Below, piece by piece: positions 48,232 to 56,813 of a stretch of DNA of 64,000 bases (positions are counted from its first letter, which is position 1; each line of letters begins with the position of its first letter). The position numbers and the translations under genes were made by a program. Below the pieces are notes generated by a model. It had not been told where the DNA came from. It worked only from the letters and a program-made list of their open reading frames with translations, and searched no databases. Source of the DNA: Phycisphaerae bacterium (lineage in GTDB: Bacteria > Planctomycetota > Phycisphaerae > UBA1845); NCBI GenBank assembly GCA_963666835.2, contig CAXXGO010000001.1, forward strand, positions 320,001 to 384,000, given 5' to 3'.

Positions 48232-49710
48232 CAATAGTGTTCGGCACTCAGATTGCGTTTGATTGACGATACCGTCAAGCCCCGCTTCGGCACGACAAAT
48301 TCGCGCCAGGCTTTGCTTGCGCTCGCGCCGCCGGTCGCGCATAATCGGGTCCATGGCGGGAAGGCGCAAGAAGAAGATCGAGGAGCCTGACTTGAGGGGC
48401 TTCAAGCACTTCAAGTTCCTCAACAGGATTCTGGAGCGGCTGCACGATACGGCGTGTGAACGGGATCGGGCCGGCAACCGCGATTTGCACTACGACCAGT
48501 ACGCCGCACTCATCCTGCTGTATTTCTTCAACCCGATCGTGACGAGCCTGCGCGGGATCCAGCAGACCAGCGAACTCAAGAAAGTTCAAAAGAATCTCGG
48601 GTGCTCGAGAGCCTCACTCGGTTCACTCTCCGAAGCGGCTCGCGTGTTTGACGCCGACCTGCTTCGCGGCATCATCCAAGAGGTGGTCGACGAACTGCCG
48701 GCCCTTGCGGGTAACCGGGAATTCAAGGACATCCGTGGCATTATCACGCTGATCGACGGAACTGTGTTATCCGCCCTTCCCAAGCTCGTGCAAGCGATGT
48801 GGAGCGATGTGAAGGGTGCGCATGGCCTCAAACTGCACACGCACTTCGAGTTGCTCAAGGGGGTGCCAACCCGCATGGACCTCACGGACGGCGATGGCAA
48901 CGAACGGGCTGCGCTCCAAAGAAGCCTACTGCCCGATCGGGTGTACGTGATGGATCGAGGGTACGCCAAGTTCGAGCTGTTCGCCGACATTCTTAAGGTG
49001 AAGTCCTCTTTCGTGTGCCGCGTCCGTGACAACAGCGTGTACGAGGTTCTTGAGGACAGGACCCCGTCCTCAGCGGACCACGTGGCCAAGGCCGGCGAAG
49101 TTCAAAGCGATCTAACTGTTCGATTCACTGGCGGCCAGGCCGCCAGAGCTGGGCTGAATCAGCCCCTGCGTCTGGTCAAGATCGTGTGCAACCCCCACCG
49201 GCACACCCACAAGAACGGGCGAGGCGGCCCCGAACAGGGCGAAGTGCTTCTGGTGGCTACCGACATCATGGACGTCGAGCCGGAAGTCATCGCTCTGATC
49301 TACAAGAACCGCTGGGCAGTCGAGACGTTTTTTCGTTTTTTCAAGCACATACTGGGCTGTCGACATCTGTTGAGCCACTGCGAGAATGGAATCGAGATAC
49401 AGACTTATGTCGCGATCATCGCATGCTTGTTGATCGCGCTATGGACGGGGCGAAAGCCGACTCTTCGCACGTACGAAATGCTCTGCTTCCACATGAGCGG
49501 CCTGGCGGACGATGAGGAGTTGCTCGCCCACATCGAAAAACTGAAACCACAAGCATAGCCGCGTCGTGGCGCCCGCACGGAACCGGCCGCTGCGCATGCG
49601 CGGATTTCTCTCGGTACGCTCCTCCAAAAGACGCCCACTACCGAAACAAGGCCGCGCCCCTCCTCTGCGACATCCATCGCCATACGCAATCTGAGTGCCG
49701 AACACTATTG
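48232..49710 (+). mobile_element. IS4-family insertion sequence (1479 bp)
   Basis: Perfect 27-bp TIR CAATAGTGTTCGGCACTCAGATTGCGT; 10-bp target duplication GGACAGCCAC (48222-48231, 49711-49720). Confidence 0.95.
48353..49558 (+). CDS. IS4 family transposase
   Basis: LIDGT, KLH, MDRGY, YREK motif YKNRWAVETFFRFFK. Confidence 0.95.
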   Translation: MAGRRKKKIEEPDLRGFKHFKFLNRILERLHDTACERDRAGNRDLHYDQYAALILLYFFNPIVTSLRGIQQTSELKKVQKNLGCSRASLGSLSEAARVFDADLLRGIIQEVVDELPALAGNREFKDIRGIITLIDGTVLSALPKLVQAMWSDVKGAHGLKLHTHFELLKGVPTRMDLTDGDGNERAALQRSLLPDRVYVMDRGYAKFELFADILKVKSSFVCRVRDNSVYEVLEDRTPSSADHVAKAGEVQSDLTVRFTGGQAARAGLNQPLRLVKIVCNPHRHTHKNGRGGPEQGEVLLVATDIMDVEPEVIALIYKNRWAVETFFRFFKHILGCRHLLSHCENGIEIQTYVAIIACLLIALWTGRKPTLRTYEMLCFHMSGLADDEELLAHIEKLKPQA

Positions 49711-49771
49711 GGACAGCCACCTATTAAAATCGGGGACAGCCACCTATTTATTGACACCGCTTATGGGCCAA

Positions 49772-50094
49772 GTGGGTCGGGTTCTGCCCAATGGTACTAA
49801 CCTCGTCAGGTTGCCATGCGGGCAACCGTCCCGAAGGGACGGAGGCGTGTAGCCACGGGTGGAGCGAAGCGGAACCCGTGGGTGAGATCGCTCCCCACGT
49901 GGTCCCGCCCCGAAGGGCCGGCGGACGGTTTCAGGGATCGCCCGAATAGCCACAGACCGCGGACGGCAATCGGCTTCGGAGGGTTCGCTCCGCGGACCGG
50001 TTTGCGGCCGGGTACTGAAGCAAACGGTCCGCACAGCGGACCCTCTCTCGTTTCGTCTGCCAAGGTTAGTACCATTGGGCTGAGCCCGACCTAC
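49772..50094. repeat. REPIN-like element E, second copy (inverted relative to 11873-12268)
   Basis: Termini GTGGGTCGGGTTCTGCCCAATGGTACTAACCT / AGGTTAGTACCATTGGGCTGAGCCCGACCTAC. Confidence 0.8.
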
Positions 50095-50165
50095 TCAGAA
50101 TGGTGCCCGAACAGGGCGTTCGGCGGTCTGACCGCAACGTCCCCGGAGCCCCCTCGTGACGTTCG

Positions 50166-50492
50166 TCAGGACAGGTGTTGGATGGCCTCTTCCAGCGTGG
50201 GGCAGATGGTCACCCAAGCGTCGAGCCGGGTCACGTTGAGGACCCCCGCCACGAACGAAGTCGGGGCGACCAGGACGACGTCCCCTTCGCGCAGGCGGGC
50301 ACTGTTGACCAGCCCGACCAGGGACGAAAGGCCTTGAGAGTCGATGGTCGCCATGGCCGAAAGGTCGATGGCCAGCTTCGGCGCCTCCTGCGAAACCAGG
50401 TCGTGCAGAGCGTCCATGAACTGCTCGGCGTCCAGTTCGCCCGATACCTGCACTACGGATACCGGCCCGCCCTCGTCGATCTTAAGTTCCAT
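50166..50492 (-). CDS. STAS domain anti-sigma factor antagonist
   Basis: VSGELD, IDLS, IDSQGL (phosphorylatable Ser), VTRLD, TLEEAI. Confidence 0.9.
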   Translation of the reverse strand: MELKIDEGGPVSVVQVSGELDAEQFMDALHDLVSQEAPKLAIDLSAMATIDSQGLSSLVGLVNSARLREGDVVLVAPTSFVAGVLNVTRLDAWVTICPTLEEAIQHLS

Positions 50493-50559
50493 GTTCGTCA
50501 TCCAAACCGCGGATCCGCCTGCTCGGGGCTCGCTCCCCTCGGCGACGGCCACCGCGTAG

Positions 50560-51555
50560 CTACTTCGTTAAATTGCCCGAATCGACCCGTCGGCGAGCGG
50601 CCCGGGTCAGCAGGTAATTCTCCCCCCGGAAGACCGTTACCTCTCCGGAGACCACGAACACCAGTCCGGCCGTGCCTCGCACGGAAGTCTGTACCATTAG
50701 CTCGACGTTCTTGTTAGGAAGAAGCTTGATAGGTGGCTCCGGGTAGTCCGGGTGGTCAGATTCGAACACCAAGGTCCACCAATCGCCATCCCTAATCAAC
50801 CGCCCCGGCCTCTCCACTAGGGGAGACCCGTCCGGCCTGAGGGATCGGCCCGCGGCCGGTGAGCGAGTGGTAAGCGGAGTTGCCGGACCGCCCTGTATCG
50901 GGATGACCTCTTGCGTCGGTCGTTGTTGATCGAGCTGGTCGATCACGGCGGTCGTCGGGGCGTCCGCCGCCAGGGCTTCGGTTTCGGCCGAAGAGCCCGC
51001 TGCGGCCGGGCCGGGTTGCTCGGGCTCGACAGGTGGACCCGAATCGCCGGGACCGCCCATTGATCGGGTCGCGAACCGCGGCAGGAGGTAATTCAATCCC
51101 TCGAAGACCGTTAACTCTCCGGACACGACGAAGGGGTATTGCACCGGGGCGCCGACGGTCGAGCGGACCATTCCGTCCAACGTGCTGTTGGGGAGCAAAC
51201 GCAACGGCGGGGTGCCGTCATCGTCCTGGGGCGAGAACACCCACCAGCCTCCGGCCTCGGTCAGGCGACCGAGGCGGCTTACCATTGAGGCTCCCTCCGG
51301 CCACAGCGGGACGACAGGTCCCCTGGCACTTTCCGCGGACCCGGCCGGTTTGATTACCTCGTTGAACGGCCGCAGCCTTTGCAGAGCCCGCAGCACATCC
51401 TCGGCGGTAGCGTCGGCGGGATCACCCTCGACCACGGGATCGGTTTGCGGGGTTTCCAAGCCGGGTCCGCCTTCGTTGGGCGAGTCGGCCCAGGCGTTGA
51501 GCGCCACGACCAGTCCCACAGCGAAGGCATGCCAGGTTATTGAGTTCAGGTTCAC
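50560..51555 (-). CDS. Secreted hypothetical protein with an internally duplicated ~90-aa domain
   Basis: Signal peptide; R.GRL..G.WW..PP..LLPN..MV..FVVSGE.TVF.G.NYLL.R occurs twice. Confidence 0.8.
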   Translation of the reverse strand: MNLNSITWHAFAVGLVVALNAWADSPNEGGPGLETPQTDPVVEGDPADATAEDVLRALQRLRPFNEVIKPAGSAESARGPVVPLWPEGASMVSRLGRLTEAGGWWVFSPQDDDGTPPLRLLPNSTLDGMVRSTVGAPVQYPFVVSGELTVFEGLNYLLPRFATRSMGGPGDSGPPVEPEQPGPAAAGSSAETEALAADAPTTAVIDQLDQQRPTQEVIPIQGGPATPLTTRSPAAGRSLRPDGSPLVERPGRLIRDGDWWTLVFESDHPDYPEPPIKLLPNKNVELMVQTSVRGTAGLVFVVSGEVTVFRGENYLLTRAARRRVDSGNLTK

Positions 51556-51659
51556 GCTGCGATCTCCGCACCTGCCGGATTACCGCCCCGTCGGCCTCTG
51601 CGCGGCGATCACCCTTCCTCCAGTATCGGTCCCAGCAGCCGTTTCGTCCAGCCTCGCGA

Positions 51660-51825
51660 TGCCCGGGGTTGTCCACATCGTTCGCATGAACGCGCGTAAC
51701 TTACGGTAGCGCCATCCCTTGTGGATGGCGTCATGGTGACCCAGCGCGCTTCCACGCCAGGGACAAGCCCTGGCGCTACATTGATTCGCGGCCTGTACTT
51801 CGCTCGAGTGAATAATCCGAGATAG
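51660..51825 (-). mobile_element. MITE-like element H copy
   Basis: Reverse complement aligns along its length with 26433-26596. Confidence 0.75.
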
Positions 51826-51880
51826 GCGAGTGTCGGGACGGCAACCCGTTGTCCATCGGCCCGGCGCGGGGAATGCGACG

Positions 51881-53191
51881 CTACTCGCCGACGAGCAGGA
51901 TACGGTTCTTTCCGTTGCGTTTGGCGGTCAGGAGCGCTTGGTCGGCCTGGGTCACCAGGTCGGCGCCGGTCGATGCGTTCCACGGGTATGTGGCCAGACC
52001 ACCACTGATGGTCAACAGCCCGACTCCGGACGGACCCAGCTTGGGGAAACGGTGGGATTGCAGGGCGCTTTTGAACCGGTCCAACACGGCCAGGACACCG
52101 GCAGGGTGCTTTGAACCTACTGAGCGCGGGCCTTGCGGATCCCAGAAGACTACCGCGAACTCGTCCCCGCCGTATCGGGTAACGATGTCCTGCTCCCGGC
52201 AGTGCTCGCGGAACAGCTTGCCGGTTTCACGGAGAACCTCGTCACCGGCATCGTGTCCGTACTCGTCGTTGTATTGCTTGAAGTCGTCAACGTCGAAAAG
52301 CAGGATGGTCACCTGGAACCGCTCCTGGGCGGCGCGGGCCAGGATCCGGTCGAGTTCGCGCTGGAGATACCGGCGATTGGGCAAACCCGTACACTCATCC
52401 GTCAACGCCAGCCGGCGCCATTCGCGCTGCCCGACCGCGGCTTGCAGCAGGTGCCCCGCCAACGTGGCGTAATGCTCGAGCTTCTCGGTGTCGCCGGGGG
52501 TGAAAGGGCCATCAATTCGCTCGGTCAACGTAAGCTGACCAATAATTCCGTCGGTACCTTCGATCGGGGCGCTGAGGACCGGTTTGGTCACAACGTCTCC
52601 CGAGGTAGCCACCGCTCCCTCGACGATCACAGTCGCCCCGCGCGTGCCCATGGCCAGGTGGATTAACTTGGCCAACTCCTCGACCAGAGCCATCGGCCTG
52701 GCATCAAGCTGGGCGAGCGTCGCCGCGAGCTGAGTCAGTTCCGCCGTAGAGACAGCCGGGGCGGGAGCAAAGGTCTGCTCAGTCAGAGCCGCCGGGCGAA
52801 CATACCCCACGGCCGCGTCCATTTCGTCCCCATCCAACGGTAAGAGCAAGTAATCATCCGCCCCTCCGGTCAGCGCCCGGCGTGTGACCGATTCCGACTC
52901 CGGAGTGCAGCAGAGAATGAGCTTGGCCTCCTCCCCGGCAGCCGAACGAAGTCCGGCGACGGCTTGCTCGGGGCGACCGATCGCCGGGTCCGCACACGCC
53001 AGAACCGCCCGAACCGGACGGCGGGCCACATCGGCGATAGCTGACAGATATGTGTCAGCGGTTGAAAAGGACCAATCCGGGTAGAACTCGCGTAATCTGT
53101 TGACCAGCGCCCCTTGTTGCGCCGGCGGGGCGATTACGACCATGCGGTCACGGCTCAGCGTATCCTCGCTCTTGCTCGTGCGATTGATCAC
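51881..53191 (-). CDS. Diguanylate cyclase with degenerate receiver and GAF-like domains
   Basis: TDECTGLPNRR, DVDDFKQYND.YGH.AGD, I-site REQD, RYGGDEF, AKRNGKN. Confidence 0.92.
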   Translation of the reverse strand: MINRTSKSEDTLSRDRMVVIAPPAQQGALVNRLREFYPDWSFSTADTYLSAIADVARRPVRAVLACADPAIGRPEQAVAGLRSAAGEEAKLILCCTPESESVTRRALTGGADDYLLLPLDGDEMDAAVGYVRPAALTEQTFAPAPAVSTAELTQLAATLAQLDARPMALVEELAKLIHLAMGTRGATVIVEGAVATSGDVVTKPVLSAPIEGTDGIIGQLTLTERIDGPFTPGDTEKLEHYATLAGHLLQAAVGQREWRRLALTDECTGLPNRRYLQRELDRILARAAQERFQVTILLFDVDDFKQYNDEYGHDAGDEVLRETGKLFREHCREQDIVTRYGGDEFAVVFWDPQGPRSVGSKHPAGVLAVLDRFKSALQSHRFPKLGPSGVGLLTISGGLATYPWNASTGADLVTQADQALLTAKRNGKNRILLVGE

Positions 53192-54075
53192 GCTGAATCC
53201 TCCTCATCAGCGTCGTCTTCGTTTCCGGGCCTTGTGGCACGCTCCGGAGCAATTGCCGCGACGTCGTCGCCGATCAGAGCTTGCAGCTCCGCCTCACTGA
53301 GCAGCGGCTGATGCCCGTCAGAGTCGGAGTCGGAGTCAGGACGCACCCTATCCGCCGGTTTGTTCGATGGCCCCGGAGCACTGCGCTTCGGGCCGGTTCG
53401 CACCGGACGGTCTGCATAACGCAGCCAGGGGACCCGCGCCGGACCAGATGCAACCTCGGGCGACTCCGGAGGGAGCCCGGCGGCGTCTGCCTCAGTCGCT
53501 TCGTCGGCATCCGACTCATCTGTTATGTTCAATCCGAATGCGTCGGTGGAGTCGCCCTCGGTTTCGGGAAGGACGTCCTCCTCCTCCGGTGTTACCGTCG
53601 CAGGCGTGATCGCAGGGTCCTCCGCGACCGGTTCGACGGCAGGTCGTTCGAAGGCGATCGGCACCGATGGGATCGGATCGGCAAGGGCCTCCGCCGGCGT
53701 TTCGGTCGTCAAAGACCCCGGCTGCAGGATGTCCGGACTCACCCGGCCTGTAGCTCCGGATTCGATTGCCCGAACAACCCGCGGTTCATTCTGCGGGGCG
53801 CCGTAGACGTAAACGGGAGCTTCCGGCTCCAGGCGGGCCGCGATGGCGAAGAACTCCAGCTCGGCGGTTCCGAGATCGTCGACGCAAACCACCACCAGGC
53901 GAGGAGCGGGCCTCGTCCTGCAAAGCTCGGCCAACCCCGCGTAAACGTCGCCGCACACCTTCACCTTCAAAGTAGTCGTGGTGAGCAGAGAATCGACCCC
54001 CGCCGCCGATTCGGCTGCGGATTCGCCGCGAATGTGGAGAACTTCAAACGATGAACCGACCACTGTTCTGGACAC
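53188..54075 (-). CDS. Hypothetical protein: atypical receiver-like domain, acidic Pro-rich linker, C-terminal LLSEAELQALI motif
   Basis: GTG start with GAGG RBS (ORF open from 54189); GTGA overlap with the GGDEF gene. Confidence 0.7.
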   Translation of the reverse strand: MSRTVVGSSFEVLHIRGESAAESAAGVDSLLTTTTLKVKVCGDVYAGLAELCRTRPAPRLVVVCVDDLGTAELEFFAIAARLEPEAPVYVYGAPQNEPRVVRAIESGATGRVSPDILQPGSLTTETPAEALADPIPSVPIAFERPAVEPVAEDPAITPATVTPEEEDVLPETEGDSTDAFGLNITDESDADEATEADAAGLPPESPEVASGPARVPWLRYADRPVRTGPKRSAPGPSNKPADRVRPDSDSDSDGHQPLLSEAELQALIGDDVAAIAPERATRPGNEDDADEEDSA

Positions 54076-54227
54076 GATACGCCTCACGCCCAATAACCCC
54101 CGAGATGCACGCGCACCTTTCCCTTTTCTGCCAAGTTTAGGGGGAAAGGGCAGTACAGTCAATTCCGGAGAAAGCGGCGTTTGATACAATAGAGGCCTGT
54201 AGAGTGATAAGGACCTGGAGGCGGATC

Positions 54228-55409
54228 ATGTCCCGGCGATGTGTGGCGGTAGCGGCTTGGTTGATGCTGGCGGTCTCGACCGTCCAGGCGGACGATGTTC
54301 TCCACCGTTACGAAGGCGACGTGCTGCCTTACGACGAGTCCGCCGGGTGGATCGTCCCGAACGCCTGTGAGGGGGCCTGCACCGACGCCCTCGAGGACGG
54401 ACGCTACGTCGCGCGGTGGTTCGATATGGCCACCGGCGATAACTTCTACTACCACCACTGGATTGCGCGAGCGCCCGAGGCCCCCCCCCCCACGCTGTGG
54501 GTCGAGTGGCAGTTCCGATCCAATCATCCGTTCGGGTGGGGGTTCTGTGACGGGAGTTTCACGGTCGATTACGCTGACATCCACGACATGCTTTTCTTGT
54601 ACGGCGATGGAGTTATTTCGCACAGCGGGGACCACTACGTAACCGGGCTCGCCTTGGACGAGTTCCACACGTATCGCTTCGAAAGCCTGGACGGCACCAA
54701 CTACCGCTTTTCCGTCGACGGATTCGTGATCAAGGAGTGGGCCGAGGATCAGGGAAACGATGTTGACTTCGTTCAGTTCGGCGGAACCGGCGGGTGTCTC
54801 GGGTGTCCGGTTACCAGCATAGCCAACGAATGGGATTTCATTCGCTACGGCAGCCTGGCCTCGGGCGAGGAGATCGGCGCGTCCGATCCGCCTTGCGGCG
54901 AGCTGGATCGCTACCTGCACGCGGACCTGGATCGGTTCACCGTCACCTTTGTTGATGCCCACGGGGAGCCGATCGCCAATTATGTGTACGTGGACGATAT
55001 CACCGTGGAGGTGAGCGTGGGCGACGCCCCGGTAGTCGTGCAGACCCGTCGCCTCGACGGCGGGGCCCCGGAAACGGTTGAGATTGTGCTCGACCGGCCG
55101 TTGGCGGTGGACGCCGTAACGACGTTCACTTTTGACGACGGTGCGAATGTCAACGTTGTGGAGTACAGCTACGCTGCGCCGGGTTTCTGCGGGGACGACA
55201 TCGTGAACCGACCTGACGAGGAGTGTGACGGCACCGATGACGCCGCCTGCCCCGGTTGGTGCCACGATGACTGTACGTGTCCTATTCCGGAAATCCCGGA
55301 AATCCCAACGCTGTCGACCTGGAGTCTGGTTGTTCTGGCCCTCGTACTGCTCACCGTCGCCAAGCTCACCGCCCGCCGTCGTCGGGCCGCTTCCCTTGGG
55401 AAGCCGTAA
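54228..55409 (+). CDS. Surface protein with IPTL-CTERM sorting signal and Cys-rich module
   Basis: GGAGG RBS, signal peptide, CGDDIVN..EECDG, IPTLSTWSLVVLALVLL..RRRR. Confidence 0.85.
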   Translation: MSRRCVAVAAWLMLAVSTVQADDVLHRYEGDVLPYDESAGWIVPNACEGACTDALEDGRYVARWFDMATGDNFYYHHWIARAPEAPPPTLWVEWQFRSNHPFGWGFCDGSFTVDYADIHDMLFLYGDGVISHSGDHYVTGLALDEFHTYRFESLDGTNYRFSVDGFVIKEWAEDQGNDVDFVQFGGTGGCLGCPVTSIANEWDFIRYGSLASGEEIGASDPPCGELDRYLHADLDRFTVTFVDAHGEPIANYVYVDDITVEVSVGDAPVVVQTRRLDGGAPETVEIVLDRPLAVDAVTTFTFDDGANVNVVEYSYAAPGFCGDDIVNRPDEECDGTDDAACPGWCHDDCTCPIPEIPEIPTLSTWSLVVLALVLLTVAKLTARRRRAASLGKP

Positions 55410-55454
55410 CCGCCAAGGTCAGAAAGGTGTTGTTCCCTCGGCTCGCCCCTTTCT

Positions 55455-55650
55455 GGGGAAAACCCGGGGGGAAAACCCAGCGACGGGAAAACCCGGGGAA
55501 AACCCGGGACAGTCACCTATTTATGGGGGAAAACCCGGGACTAAAACCCGGGACAGTCACAATAGTGTTCGGCACTCAGATTGCGTATGGCGATGGATGC
55601 CGCAGGGGAAAACCCGGGGGGAAAACCCGGGACAGTCACCTATTTATTGA
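55455..55650 (+). repeat. Stutter array 2 (5'-anchored truncated copies of GGGGAAAACCCGGGACAGTCACCTATTTATTGA)
   Basis: Eight AAAACCC-anchored units of variable length, the last one full-length. Confidence 0.85.
55560..55609 (-). mobile_element. Solo right end of the IS4 element
   Basis: CAATAGTGTTCGGCACTCAGATTGCGTATGGCGATGGATG is the reverse complement of 49671-49710. Confidence 0.9.
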
Positions 55651-55659
55651 GGGCAACCA

Positions 55660-56786
55660 CCGGAACTTCTTGGAGCATCGAAGTGTCGCTCCTGGCGGGG
55701 CTCGGGTTGACTTACGACGCGATCCCGCGGCTGACGCCGCGGGCTAGGCAGAGCTGCCGTCCTGACGGGCTGGCCCCGCGAGCCACGCGGGTGGCACATC
55801 TTCGCGCAACTCAAGCCACTGCAGCCCTAATGGCAGGTCTCGTACCTCGACCGTGCCCTACACCCGCCGACGACGCCCTACGTCGGGTGCCACCAAGGTG
55901 TCATACGACGAGCTGTTGACCCGTGGAGCGCGCCGCGCCGCGGGCTTCCACGCAACCGAGCCGTAGTCGCCCCCCATCGTTCATGGCCACGCAAGCGTGG
56001 GCCATGGCACCCGGCAACCGAAAGGGCGGATCTGGAAACCCTCCACCTAAAAGCGCGCGCGCCCGAGTTCTATCCCGACCCCGGCAGGTCTCGTACCTCG
56101 ACCGTGCCCTACACCCGCCAACTGTAGCCGGCTGTCGATCTCGATTCTCCAGCCCGAAGGGCTCAGATGAAGTAGCCGGGGGCAAGTCCGCCATTGGCGG
56201 ACGCCGCCCCCGGACCCGATCCCCGCAACCAGCGTCACCCCGGTAGGGGTCAAATGCCTTGGGCGAATGCGTTTCGCGAGTCCGCCATGTCTGTCGACGC
56301 ATTCTCAACAAGGCCGGATAGCGGAAACAGACGCGCGGTTCATCGACGCCGTCTCTTTCACCCTTCAGGGTGATTGGGGGTGTTGGGCTCGCACCCGGGG
56401 GCGGCGGCCGCTGCGCGGCCTTGCCCCCGGCTACTATCTTATAGGCTTTCAGCCTGAACACCGAGCGGGTCTGCAGCTTGTTACGCTGGGCCTTGCCCCC
56501 GGCTACTATCTTGCAGGCTTTCAGCCTGAACACGTAGCCGGCTTGACGCCTTTCACTGAGAAAGAAGCCGCGGCCTTTAGCTTGCCACGCTGGGGAATGG
56601 GGCGCCGGCGAGTCGGACGGATACGCTCGGCTTGCCCGGCAAAGATGTGTAGAACAAGGAGGAGCTTGTCCCTGGCGTAAAGGCGCTGTGTCTCTATCAC
56701 GTCACCCACAAGGGCGTCACCCACAAGGGGTGACGCTACAGTAAGTCACGCCCGTTTATGCGAACGTCATGAGTAATCCGGGTTAG
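55660..56786. repeat. REP/REPIN mosaic
   Basis: ~200-bp homolog of 14021-14222; main REP at 55832, 56083; hairpin 55982-56012; fold-back element 56152-56460 with 72-bp-period duplicated end; element H copy ~56660-56786. Confidence 0.8.
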
Positions 56787-56813
56787 TCCGGTTGGCCGGT
56801 TCGTCCGTTGCCG

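Noticed and set aside
46586..49754. 23-bp direct repeats as CRISPR repeats or integron attC sites
   Set aside because: No unique spacers, units are adjacent and truncated, not palindromic, no cas or integrase gene
54159..55265. Long antisense or alternative-frame ORFs (also 20199-21200, 39871-40917, 2495-3424, 62134-63057)
   Set aside because: Shadows of well-supported genes, as expected from high-GC codon bias
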